Shown here piece after piece: positions 1-9,240 of a DNA stretch of 64,000 bases. Made by a program: the position numbers and the translations under genes. The notes below the pieces were generated by a model. That model saw only the letters and a list, made by a program, of their open reading frames with translations. It did not search any database and was not told where the DNA came from. The DNA lies in the IMG/VR virus record IMGVR_UViG_3300035126_000842, positions 32,001-96,000 of that record; one strand, 5' to 3'. How positions within the stretch are numbered: position 1 is the stretch's first letter; the number at the start of each line of letters is the position of its first letter. Source of the DNA: a virus.

Positions 1-366
1 ATAGATACTTCTCAATCTGTTAATGATACTCTTTTAGAAGTGTTTCTTGCAGAACTTAAGCACATTAATCAATGTGGTACTGAAGTAGATATTATGCAGT
101 GTGACGCTAAAGGTTATCCTGTAAGACCTATTAAAGAATATGTACTTGATAATCTTGTTAGAATAGAAGGTAGAGGAGGTACTGATTTTAATCCTCCTGT
201 AAACTATTACGCAGAAAATCAACCTAAATATCAAGCTCTTATTTATTTTACCGATGGTGAATGTAGTCCTCCTGACCTTTCACCAAATAATATACTCTGG
301 TTAATACCAGACTCTCACTCTTTAAACGATTTATTACCAGGAACTGTAAAACAAATTTCATTATGA
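1..366 (+). CDS. VWA-like (DUF2201-type) domain protein, 5'-partial
   Basis: Frame 1 is open from base 1 (IDTSQSVNDTLLEVFLAE, a DxSxS MIDAS-like motif). It continues into GRGGTDFNP and ALIYFTDG, and lies next to a MoxR ATPase. Confidence 0.85.
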   Translation: MDTSQSVNDTLLEVFLAELKHINQCGTEVDIMQCDAKGYPVRPIKEYVLDNLVRIEGRGGTDFNPPVNYYAENQPKYQALIYFTDGECSPPDLSPNNILWLIPDSHSLNDLLPGTVKQISL

Positions 367-1565
367 GAAAAGCAATTGACAAAACAGTAAAGATGAACAT
401 TACAGAAGTAAAGCAACTTCTAGAGTACATTATTGAAAACAATCTTAAATTACAAGAAATTGGTATAGACCCTATTTCTCTTAACATATCAGGTCCTTCC
501 GGTATAGGAAAGACATCATTAATTAAACAAACTTGTGATAAACTAGGTATTCATTCTGTAAAGAAGAATCTTGCTCAGATTGACGACTTAGGTGAGATTA
601 CTGGTTTTCCTATTAAAGAGTACGAAGTAACTAAAACCGAAGGTGATAAAACAAAAGTTCGCTGGGTACCAGAAGCTGTATTGACAACTGCTACTGATAA
701 AGGTTGGACTGCTACTACTAAAACTAGAATGGGTTATGCTAAACCAGAATGGTTAGTTTCTAATGAAAAGATGGTCCTTATTCTTGACGACTTTAATCGT
801 TGTCAGCCTCGTTTTATGCAAGCTATTATGGAAATTGTAGACAATCAAAGTTATTTCTCTTGGAAATTGCCTAAAGGTTCTACTATCGTTCTTAGTTCTA
901 ATCCTGACAACGGTGATTACAATGTTACTACCGAGGATACAGCACAAACTTCACGCTACTTTAGAGTTGATTGTAAGTTTGATGCTTATATCTGGGCTAA
1001 GTATGCAGAATCTATAGGTATTGATGAGCGTTGTATTAACTTCGTTTTGTTACATCCTGAGATGATCAATGATAATTGCAATGCTCGTATTGTAACTAAG
1101 TTCTTTAATTCTATTAGATTTATTAAAGACTTTTCAGATCCTTCATCTCTACTATTGATTCAATCTTTAGGTGAGATTTCTGTAGGTTCTGTGTTTGTAA
1201 CTACCTTCACTCAGTTTATTCACGATAAACTTGATAAGATGGTTACTCCTAAATACATCTTAGAAACTCAAGACTTTAATCTTGTTCAGTACAAAATTAA
1301 AGAGCTCGTAGGACAAGGTTCTAATACTAGACTTGACATTGCTGCTGTTCTTGCACACCGTCTTATAAATTATACTCTTGTATTATTTGATAAGAAAGAA
1401 TTCAAACCTGAGTTTTCTTTGAGAATAGGTGATATTATTGAACAAGATGAGTTACTACCCGCAGACTTGGTTTATCTTATTGCAAGAGAACTAGTAGGTG
1501 CTAATCGTAACCGTTTCTTGAATATTCTTACTAAACCTGCAGTTGCACAAAAAATTCTAATCTAA
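363..1565 (+). CDS. MoxR-like AAA+ ATPase
   Basis: Walker A GPSGIGKT, Walker B LILDDFNR, sensor SSNP. Overlaps the VWA gene by ATGA. Confidence 0.9.
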   Translation: MRKAIDKTVKMNITEVKQLLEYIIENNLKLQEIGIDPISLNISGPSGIGKTSLIKQTCDKLGIHSVKKNLAQIDDLGEITGFPIKEYEVTKTEGDKTKVRWVPEAVLTTATDKGWTATTKTRMGYAKPEWLVSNEKMVLILDDFNRCQPRFMQAIMEIVDNQSYFSWKLPKGSTIVLSSNPDNGDYNVTTEDTAQTSRYFRVDCKFDAYIWAKYAESIGIDERCINFVLLHPEMINDNCNARIVTKFFNSIRFIKDFSDPSSLLLIQSLGEISVGSVFVTTFTQFIHDKLDKMVTPKYILETQDFNLVQYKIKELVGQGSNTRLDIAAVLAHRLINYTLVLFDKKEFKPEFSLRIGDIIEQDELLPADLVYLIARELVGANRNRFLNILTKPAVAQKILI

Positions 1566-2419
1566 TGATCACCAAAAGCCTTTATAACAAAAAAGGTGAC
1601 AGTAAAACGGAGGAGTTCTTAGAACTCCTCCAAACTGCACCTCTTCAATATAAATCTATTAATTCTAAATACATAGCTTTTTATATGTATGAAGAAGATT
1701 ATAACAACTATTTTAATGATGACAGAACTCTTACACCTGATGATAAAGTTTTCTTTTATCCATATTTTCAGGGTGATAGTAATGGTTTAAATGTAGAGAA
1801 GAATCCTATAGATACGTATAAAAATAGTAAACATATAATCTTTCCTGTCAGTTTATTCTACACAGGTAAATATAAATCAAAATTTAGTGTTTTAAGTGTT
1901 AAGCACCTCAGTAAAAACATTTATATTTTTTCTAAAAACTGGGAAAAATATTTGCCTTTGATTATAGAGGGTAAGTTAAACCCAATATCTTTTGATAAAT
2001 ATTATCTGAAACCTAGTGTTAGAATTACAGAGGATATGATACCTACTTTAATATCTATGATCTGTAATGGAGGACCTAGTGATTTAGAAATAGTACAAAC
2101 AATTTTACTATCACTTATTACAAAGGATGCTACAAAGGAAGAAAAAATTCTTTTAGATTTATTAGGTACTGCTATATATTATAGAGGAACTAATTTTTTC
2201 AAAACTAGTAAAAATGTATCTAAAGAAGTAAATAATTTTGTAAATAATCATTTACAAAGTTCGTTTTTTGATGTCTATGCTTGTTATGATAAATCTAACA
2301 TGCTACCAAAAGAATTAATAGAAAAGTATATGCAACCTGTATATCAATATAAAATGGCAGAGTTAGCAAAATTATATTTTTCTATACCAATAAAAGTAGA
2401 AGTCACTAAAGTATTTTAA
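1565..2419 (+). CDS. Hypothetical protein (284 aa)
   Basis: Long ORF coupled to the MoxR stop. Shares an IxExxxxxLxSMxxxxxxSDxExxxT motif with the next gene. Confidence 0.7.
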   Translation: MITKSLYNKKGDSKTEEFLELLQTAPLQYKSINSKYIAFYMYEEDYNNYFNDDRTLTPDDKVFFYPYFQGDSNGLNVEKNPIDTYKNSKHIIFPVSLFYTGKYKSKFSVLSVKHLSKNIYIFSKNWEKYLPLIIEGKLNPISFDKYYLKPSVRITEDMIPTLISMICNGGPSDLEIVQTILLSLITKDATKEEKILLDLLGTAIYYRGTNFFKTSKNVSKEVNNFVNNHLQSSFFDVYACYDKSNMLPKELIEKYMQPVYQYKMAELAKLYFSIPIKVEVTKVF

Positions 2420-2421
2420 TT

Positions 2422-3333
2422 ATGGAAGAAGAAGTTTTATACGCAAGTAATGTAAGTTCTACACAAAAAGTTTATGATAAAGTCTATAGAGAAAACGCTT
2501 ATTCTATAAATCATGTAGACCATAAAGATAATATAGATATAAAGCAGGGTTCTAAATTTTATATTTCTAAAGAAACTGTTATTAGTAGGCATAATGTTAG
2601 AATGCTAACAGAAAAGTTTAATAGCAAAATTGTTAGAGATATAGAAAAAGCAGATTTTATACTAGTAGATGATAATGTTCTATATAAGAAAAGAGAATAT
2701 TTATATACAAATCATGATGATAAACTTATATCAAAAAGGTGGTTTAGAGCTTATAAAAATTCAAAATATGGTTTTGTTTATGAGAAAGATATTCTAGATA
2801 TTATCAAATATCCTTCTAAAATAGTTCACATTAATGTTATATCTAGTTTACTGTATGAAAATGTAGATTTGCCTATTATCGATGAAGAACAACATAAAGT
2901 TTTAGATTCGATGCTAAGTAGTACAAATAAAAGTGATGTTGAATTAGCTGTTACTTTAATGTGTAATTGTAATTTAGATAAATCAATTTCTTATATTTAT
3001 GGCTTATTATGTAACTATAAGTGGACAATAAGAAATTACCGTCTTCATACAAGTGTTAAGTTTCAAACATTAATGAGCTATTTAGGTGAAAAAGACATTC
3101 TTGATTTTGCAGAGGATAAGCTTTTCAAGTTATTAATTTCTAAAAACTTATTAACTAAATATCATCTAAATGCAATAATGGAAAATGTTAAACATTCCGT
3201 AAAAGATTTTATTAGTAGTAAATATGGTTCAGAGGATATAGTATTTACATTGTCAATTACAGACGAACTTAAAACACAAGTTTTAAAAAATGAAGTTAAC
3301 CCTGCTCAATTAAATTTATTTGATGGAAAGTAA
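2422..3333 (+). CDS. Hypothetical protein (303 aa)
   Basis: Long ORF in the operon, sharing the LxSM...SDxE motif with the upstream gene. Confidence 0.7.
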   Translation: MEEEVLYASNVSSTQKVYDKVYRENAYSINHVDHKDNIDIKQGSKFYISKETVISRHNVRMLTEKFNSKIVRDIEKADFILVDDNVLYKKREYLYTNHDDKLISKRWFRAYKNSKYGFVYEKDILDIIKYPSKIVHINVISSLLYENVDLPIIDEEQHKVLDSMLSSTNKSDVELAVTLMCNCNLDKSISYIYGLLCNYKWTIRNYRLHTSVKFQTLMSYLGEKDILDFAEDKLFKLLISKNLLTKYHLNAIMENVKHSVKDFISSKYGSEDIVFTLSITDELKTQVLKNEVNPAQLNLFDGK

Positions 3334-4288
3334 AAATGAATATCAGTTATTAGAGGAATTTATTCAATCCAAACCTAACTTAAGTTTTTCTGGTTTGAGT
3401 AAATATCATTATAGTCCATATCTTTTTTACAAGCACTATGTGCTTAATCAGAAAGAAGACATATCCGGTGATTTTATTACTAAAGGTAAATTACTACATT
3501 GTTTGGTTTTAGAACCAGAAAAGTTTGCGGAAAAGTTTAGTCTACTACCAAACAAACTACCTATTGATAATCACCAAGTTGTACTTAAAATGTTGTATTC
3601 TAGACATTTAGATGATCCTGAATTATTGATAGCTCCTTTAGGCGATTATCAGGATGAAATTGGTCAGATTATGGCTGAAATAGATTACTATTCTGCGATT
3701 AAGACAGATTCTGATAGAGGTAAGAAACTAATTCTTGATGTTAACGAAGAATACTGGAACTATTTACTTACAGCTCAATCTAAAGTAGCAGTAAGTCAGC
3801 AGGATTACAATGAAATTCTAGAAAAGACTCAACTGTTAAATCAAGATAAAGTTTGCAAGTGGTTATTAGAGTTTACTGAGTCTGAGAAAGAAGTAAGTAT
3901 TCCAAATGCTACTGAATTCTTTGGGCTTAGAGGTATAATAGATTGTATTAGAGTCAAGGAAAATGCTAAAACAGTATTTGTAAGTGACTTAAAAACAACT
4001 AGTAAACGCATTCAGGACTTTCCTGAAACTGTTGAGTATTATAATCTGTGGTTGCAAGCAGCTTTATATTATAAGTTTGCTAAACATTATTACCCGGATT
4101 ATAGTGTAACATTTACTTTTATAGTAGTTGATAGTTATGGTGTAGTTTATCCGTTTAAAGTATCTGAATCTACTATGGAGCAATGGTTAGAAAGAACTAA
4201 TGTCCTTATAGATCAGGTAAAACAAAGTTTTGCTGAACAAAATTTTAGACTACCTAAATCATATATAAATTATGAAATATTTTTATGA
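3320..4288 (+). CDS. PD-(D/E)xK exonuclease (RecE/ExoVIII-like, DUF3799-type)
   Basis: LSFSGLSKY, GKLLHCLVLEPEKF, RGIIDCI...SDLKTT, QAALY motifs. Confidence 0.8.
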   Translation: MMESKNEYQLLEEFIQSKPNLSFSGLSKYHYSPYLFYKHYVLNQKEDISGDFITKGKLLHCLVLEPEKFAEKFSLLPNKLPIDNHQVVLKMLYSRHLDDPELLIAPLGDYQDEIGQIMAEIDYYSAIKTDSDRGKKLILDVNEEYWNYLLTAQSKVAVSQQDYNEILEKTQLLNQDKVCKWLLEFTESEKEVSIPNATEFFGLRGIIDCIRVKENAKTVFVSDLKTTSKRIQDFPETVEYYNLWLQAALYYKFAKHYYPDYSVTFTFIVVDSYGVVYPFKVSESTMEQWLERTNVLIDQVKQSFAEQNFRLPKSYINYEIFL

Positions 4289-4809
4289 TTAAAGTTCTTA
4301 AGCAGTATGTGCAAAAATCGAAGGTATTTTTATTTCCTTTGATATGTCCTAAAAATGTAAATGATATTTTAGAGATTCAATGCTACCTTAGTAGGAAAGA
4401 TGTGTACAACATCGATGATTATCAGCTTACTGTTGTAGTAGATGGTAGTAAATATCCTGAAATACACCGTGATCTAGAAGGCAAGTATTTATTTACCTCT
4501 CCTCATTTTAAGCAATCTGAAATGCGCAGATTGGGTGAAAGTAAGTATCTTTACGTGTTCGACCTTACTGATATGAAAGAAGTCTGGAGTCTTGTGCTTA
4601 CAGGCAAATATTCTCAAATACCAGAAGGAATTAAAAAGGTTATACTGGGATATTACAAAGGTCAACCTACATATGAGTATGTGAATTCTTGGTTATATCC
4701 TGACAAATATTACAAGGATTATGCTGATGATTTAAAGGTTGATATAGCAATAGTAGGTCCTGAGTTATGTAACCTACCTGATTTAGAGAAAGAAATATAT
4801 ACATCATGA
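4285..4809 (+). CDS. Hypothetical protein (174 aa)
   Basis: ORF coupled by ATGA overlaps at both ends between the exonuclease and the polymerase. Confidence 0.7.
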   Translation: MIKVLKQYVQKSKVFLFPLICPKNVNDILEIQCYLSRKDVYNIDDYQLTVVVDGSKYPEIHRDLEGKYLFTSPHFKQSEMRRLGESKYLYVFDLTDMKEVWSLVLTGKYSQIPEGIKKVILGYYKGQPTYEYVNSWLYPDKYYKDYADDLKVDIAIVGPELCNLPDLEKEIYTS

Positions 4810-6794
4810 GATTTGTTTTTGACTGCGAGACTCTTATTAATTGCACAGCTTTTGTTTTTGAAGAAGCTGATGTAGATGAGCAAGCTAGTGTATATACCTA
4901 TGTTATACATGATCTAAGGAATGATTTAGAAGAGCTTTGTAATTTTCTAGATACTTTAATTGTAAACAAAGATTCTTTTGTTTCTTTTAATGGTATTGCC
5001 TTTGATTCTCAGATTATAGAATTCATCATTAGAAATAGAGAAGACTTACTTAATCTACCTGGTTCTCAAGTAGCATACAATATTTACCTTAAAGCTCAAG
5101 AAGCAATAAAGCGTTCTAATAATAAAGAGTTTGCTGAGTATGGTCCGTTTGAACTTAGTATTCCTCATATTGATGTTTTTAAGCAAGGACATTTTGACTC
5201 TGCAGCAAAGAGAGCTAGTCTAAAATATTTGCAGTTTACAACAGATTGGCATAACATTGAAGAAATGCCGATACATCATTCTACAGTAATTAATAGTCTT
5301 GATCAAATAGATCAGATTATTAGTTACTGTGGTAACGATGTTAGTTCTACTAAACATCTATACAAAATATTTACACCGCAGACTTCTCAAAGAGAAATCT
5401 TTAGTGAGAAATATAAAATGGATTTACTTAGTTCTTCTGAACCTAGTATTGCAAAGAAGATATTTTCTTATTACTTGGCACCTAAAATGCGAATGAATCC
5501 TAGAGATTTTAAATCTTTACGAACATATCGCGAAAGTATTCCAGTAAAAGATATTATTCTTCCTTATACTGAATTCAAAAGTGAAGAGTTTAAGAATCTT
5601 CTAGAGGCGTTTAAAGAATTAGTAATTGATCCTGAAAAAACTAAAGATGCTTTTAAGCATTGCATAAAGACTAAAGGTATTACTATTGATTATGGTTTAG
5701 GTGGTGTTCATGGTTCTAGACTTCCTGGTATTTACAAGTCAGATGCTAAGTACTCTCTTGAATCATTTGATGTAATAAGTTTTTATCCTAATCTTGCTAT
5801 TAAAAACAAATGGTCTCCTGCTCATATTCCGGTAGAGATTTTTTGTGAACAGTATGAATGGTTTTTTAAAGAACGCGTTAAAATACCTAAGAAAGATCCT
5901 GTAAATTATCTATTTAAGATTATTTTGAATAGTGCTTACGGTCTTACTAATGAGAGAAATAGTCCTTTCTACGATCCTCTAATGACAATGAGCATTACTA
6001 TTAATGGTCAGTTATCTCTAATGATGTTATTTGAGGATGTGTTGTTAAGTATTCCAGATGCAATTCCTGTATTGGTAAATACAGATGGTGCAGAATTCTT
6101 AATACCTCGTGATAAGATGGATGTTTACAAGGAATGTTGTAAACGTTGGGAAGAAAGAACTAGCTTATCTTTGGAATTTGATGCTTACAAAGAGCTAATT
6201 ATTAGAGATGTAAATAACTATATTGGTATTTTTAAAGAAAGAGAGTGTTCTTCTGAAGAGTATTCTAAGATTAAATCAAAAAGTATATTCCCTTGTAGAG
6301 AAGAGAGCGGTAAGTTTTATTACAGTCCTACAAAATGTAAGGGTATTGCATTTGAGTTTACAGACTTAGCGCTTCATAAGAATAAAAGCTTTCTTATTAA
6401 ACGTAAGGCTTTATACAATTATTTTGTTTTTGGTAAGTTACCAGAGCAAACGTTAAAAGCTAACAAAAATATTTTTGACTACTGTGGTGGTATTAAATCA
6501 TCCTCAGAGTGGAAATTAGTTGCATTGTGTAACGACCAAGGTTCTATTACAGAATCTCCTTTACAGAAAGTAACTAGATATTATATGAGCAAGAAGGGTT
6601 GTAAGATTATTAAAGTCAACAGTGTTGACGGACGTAAGATACAACAGCATTCTGGTAATGTATATCAAACAGTATATAATGTTCATGAAGAGCAAGACTG
6701 GGTAAACTATGGTATTAACGAAAAGTTTTATCTAGATGCTATTTATGAAGAGATAAGTAACATTGTAAAAAAATCAGAAAACACTTTATTTTAA
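4806..6794 (+). CDS. Family B DNA polymerase with 3'-5' exonuclease
   Basis: Exonuclease motifs FDCET, SFNGIAFD and YCGNDV. Polymerase motifs DVISFYPNL, KIILNSAYG and NTDG (a variant of YxDTDS). Confidence 0.9.
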   Translation: MRFVFDCETLINCTAFVFEEADVDEQASVYTYVIHDLRNDLEELCNFLDTLIVNKDSFVSFNGIAFDSQIIEFIIRNREDLLNLPGSQVAYNIYLKAQEAIKRSNNKEFAEYGPFELSIPHIDVFKQGHFDSAAKRASLKYLQFTTDWHNIEEMPIHHSTVINSLDQIDQIISYCGNDVSSTKHLYKIFTPQTSQREIFSEKYKMDLLSSSEPSIAKKIFSYYLAPKMRMNPRDFKSLRTYRESIPVKDIILPYTEFKSEEFKNLLEAFKELVIDPEKTKDAFKHCIKTKGITIDYGLGGVHGSRLPGIYKSDAKYSLESFDVISFYPNLAIKNKWSPAHIPVEIFCEQYEWFFKERVKIPKKDPVNYLFKIILNSAYGLTNERNSPFYDPLMTMSITINGQLSLMMLFEDVLLSIPDAIPVLVNTDGAEFLIPRDKMDVYKECCKRWEERTSLSLEFDAYKELIIRDVNNYIGIFKERECSSEEYSKIKSKSIFPCREESGKFYYSPTKCKGIAFEFTDLALHKNKSFLIKRKALYNYFVFGKLPEQTLKANKNIFDYCGGIKSSSEWKLVALCNDQGSITESPLQKVTRYYMSKKGCKIIKVNSVDGRKIQQHSGNVYQTVYNVHEEQDWVNYGINEKFYLDAIYEEISNIVKKSENTLF

Positions 6795-6798
6795 ATTT

Positions 6799-7890
6799 AT
6801 GCCTATTAAACTTAATCCCACAAACGAGAACTCTGTAATTACTAGTTCTATTCCGGTTTACGGTAACGGATACAATCCACCATCACACAAACAAGTTATT
6901 GAGGCTAGTAAGAAAATACTAGCCGACAATAACATTACTATTGCAACTGCAGAAGGTGAAGAATCAATTAAATTTATTGGTTCTAACAAGAATGAAATAG
7001 TAGCTGCTTATTTTGTGGTGGATGTACCGTCTAACGATACCTACCAACTAGTATTTAGCTGGGTTAATTCTTATGCCAGATCTATGCGCTTTAAGTGTGC
7101 TGTAGGTTGTAGGTTAAAGACTAATCCTGCTGTATATGTTAAACATTATTTTTCCGTAAAAAAGGGTGGTGATATTTCTGATATCATTAAACTCATGGAA
7201 AATGTAATACAAAATGCTTATTCCTACTATGACAACACAATAGCAGAAATAGAAGCTCTTTCTTTTAAATCAATTTCTAGGGAAGAAACTTGTTGTTTAT
7301 TGGGTAACATTTTCTTTAATAAGAATTTAGTTACACCACACCAGGCAAGTACAATACAGAAGTGGATGACAGAAACATTTAAGGATGTTTCTAATTGGAA
7401 ATTATCTGATGTTTACGAGATGCTTTCTTTGGTAACATATACTTACCATCCTAGGTTTTGGTTGTCTGCACATTCAGAATTGCATGAGTATTTGACTGAT
7501 AGCTTTGATTCTATCATACCTATAGAATCTACACTTAACTTTAATAATGTCAGTTCTTCTACTCCGGTAGTAGCAGAAACAGAAAATGATATTGAAGAAA
7601 AGTTAGATATAGTAGTAGAAGAAGAACCTGTTGTTCCAGAACCTGAAAAAGTTGAAACTACTTTTGAAGAAAACTTTGAGCAAGAATCCCGTAAAATAGA
7701 ATATGCTGTTGTAGAAGAAACTGTTGTTGCGGAAGAAGAAGAAGATGAAGAAGTTGTTTTAGAAGAAGTAAAACAAGAAGAAGAAGAGGAAGAGGAAGAG
7801 ACAATAGTATATGACAATGTTGATGACGATGATGACTTTGGTAATACGTCTTCGTCATCTACTGTTACAGACGACGATTTTATATGGTGA
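6799..7890 (+). CDS. DUF932-like protein with a long acidic C-terminal tail
   Basis: SHKQVI...NSYARSMRFKCAVG resembles the DUF932 family. The last ~110 aa are very E/D-rich and end in DDDFIW. Confidence 0.5.
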   Translation: MPIKLNPTNENSVITSSIPVYGNGYNPPSHKQVIEASKKILADNNITIATAEGEESIKFIGSNKNEIVAAYFVVDVPSNDTYQLVFSWVNSYARSMRFKCAVGCRLKTNPAVYVKHYFSVKKGGDISDIIKLMENVIQNAYSYYDNTIAEIEALSFKSISREETCCLLGNIFFNKNLVTPHQASTIQKWMTETFKDVSNWKLSDVYEMLSLVTYTYHPRFWLSAHSELHEYLTDSFDSIIPIESTLNFNNVSSSTPVVAETENDIEEKLDIVVEEEPVVPEPEKVETTFEENFEQESRKIEYAVVEETVVAEEEEDEEVVLEEVKQEEEEEEEETIVYDNVDDDDDFGNTSSSSTVTDDDFIW

Positions 7891-7896
7891 TCACAT

Positions 7897-7926
7897 AATA
7901 AAAGGGGTGTAAAAACCCCTTTTATT
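7897..7926. terminator. Intrinsic terminator hairpin, potentially bidirectional
   Basis: Perfect 12-bp inverted repeat AATAAAAGGGGT / ACCCCTTTTATT with a 6-nt loop, just after the stop at 7890. Confidence 0.75.
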
Positions 7927-7940
7927 TAACTCTTAGAAAA

Positions 7941-8309
7941 ATGAATATTTATCATAATGTTGAAAAAATGATTCAGGAGTGTGCTACAAAAAATCCTGAT
8001 TCAATGTATGTAGATGGACTTAGAGATTGCTATTATATTTTTAAGAAGTATTTTTACCACTCAGGTATCTATAATCAGCATTATTTACAACATGTTCTTG
8101 ATCAGTCTAATAATAAAATTGAACATCTTAAATATGAAAAATCAAATTTAGAATACGATTTGAAAATACAAAGAGAAACCTATACTAAAATAGTAGGTTT
8201 GTCTAAGTCTTCTATGGCTGATAATATAAAATCATTAGAAACAGAAGTCCGTCGACTTAAAAAACTGAATGATGATTTGTATAAACAACTTGTAAATAAT
8301 GACAAATGA
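7941..8309 (+). CDS. Hypothetical coiled-coil protein (122 aa)
   Basis: ORF with a heptad-like C-terminal half and an ATGA overlap with dcd. Confidence 0.65.
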   Translation: MNIYHNVEKMIQECATKNPDSMYVDGLRDCYYIFKKYFYHSGIYNQHYLQHVLDQSNNKIEHLKYEKSNLEYDLKIQRETYTKIVGLSKSSMADNIKSLETEVRRLKKLNDDLYKQLVNNDK

Positions 8310-8851
8310 TTCTTAGTGACTTAGAAATAGAAAGAAGACTACTAAGTAAACATCTTGGTATTAGCAATTTCAGAAAAGAGCATCTTAATCCTTGCAGTTA
8401 TGATGTTACTCTTAACCCTGAAATTGCTTTTTACCAAGACAAAACTTTTGATTGTAAAAAAGAGCATTTATTAGCAGAACCTATAATCTTAACAGATGAA
8501 GGTTACGAGTTACAACCTGGTGTTTTATATCTAGGGCACTGTAACGAATACTTAAAAATACCGTACAATTTAAAATCTACACTATCTGGTAAATCTAGTT
8601 TAGGTAGATTAGGTTTAATGATACATTTAACTGCAGGTTTTATAGACCCCGGTTTTGAAGGTTCTTTAGTTTTAGAACTGGCATGTATTCAACCTATTAA
8701 AATTTATCCGAATATGTTAATTGGTCAGATTGAGTTTGAAGAAGTAAGTGGTAATATTAAAAACGACTACTCACTAAAATCAAAATCTAAATACAATAAA
8801 CAAAAAGGAAATCAATCTAGTAAATATTATTTAAATTTTTATGGACATTAA
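8306..8851 (+). CDS. dcd: dCTP deaminase (trimeric dUTPase superfamily)
   Basis: NPCSYDVTL, GKSSLGRLGL, TAGFIDPGFEG, IGQIEF motifs. Confidence 0.9.
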   Translation: MILSDLEIERRLLSKHLGISNFRKEHLNPCSYDVTLNPEIAFYQDKTFDCKKEHLLAEPIILTDEGYELQPGVLYLGHCNEYLKIPYNLKSTLSGKSSLGRLGLMIHLTAGFIDPGFEGSLVLELACIQPIKIYPNMLIGQIEFEEVSGNIKNDYSLKSKSKYNKQKGNQSSKYYLNFYGH

Positions 8852-9239
8852 TGCATTAATCGAAAAAGCTCATTCAACAGCAAAAGAAAAAGGTTTCTGG
8901 GACAAAGAAAGAAACACAGGTGAGCTCCTTATGTTAATTGTTTCTGAATTAGCAGAAGCGCTAGAAGCAGACAGAAAACAAAGACACTGTACTTTAAACT
9001 CTACAGAATTAGAACTGGGTGTATTCTTAAGTCAAAATGTTAAGCACGAACAAAAGAAAGAAGCTTACATTGAGTACTACAATAATAACATTAAAGGAAC
9101 CTTTGAAGAGGAGATTGCAGATACCTTTATTCGTTTGTTTGATTTGGTAGGTGGTAAGAACATTAATATTACCGACCATATTATTTTGAAGATGAGATTT
9201 AATGAAACTCGCGAAAGATTACACGGAAAAAAATACTGA
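8841..9239 (+). CDS. MazG-like NTP pyrophosphohydrolase
   Basis: LMLIVSELAEALEADR ... EEEIADTFIRLFDL (ExxE...ExxD). Confidence 0.85.
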   Translation: MDINALIEKAHSTAKEKGFWDKERNTGELLMLIVSELAEALEADRKQRHCTLNSTELELGVFLSQNVKHEQKKEAYIEYYNNNIKGTFEEEIADTFIRLFDLVGGKNINITDHIILKMRFNETRERLHGKKY

Positions 9240-9240
9240 T

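Noticed and set aside
2560-2680. BRCT-like fold in the 303-aa protein (KIVRDIEKADFILV)
   Set aside because: Only one short segment resembles the family, and the other BRCT signature positions are not recognisable.
7730-7800. GAA-rich run as a possible tandem repeat element
   Set aside because: It simply encodes the poly-Glu tract of the 6799-7890 protein.
7443-7858. Antisense ORFs over the acidic tail, and similar shadow ORFs such as 14463-14999, 31389-31943 and 33753-34187
   Set aside because: They lie opposite long, motif-bearing genes and have Ser/Phe/Leu-rich composition typical of reverse-complement reading.
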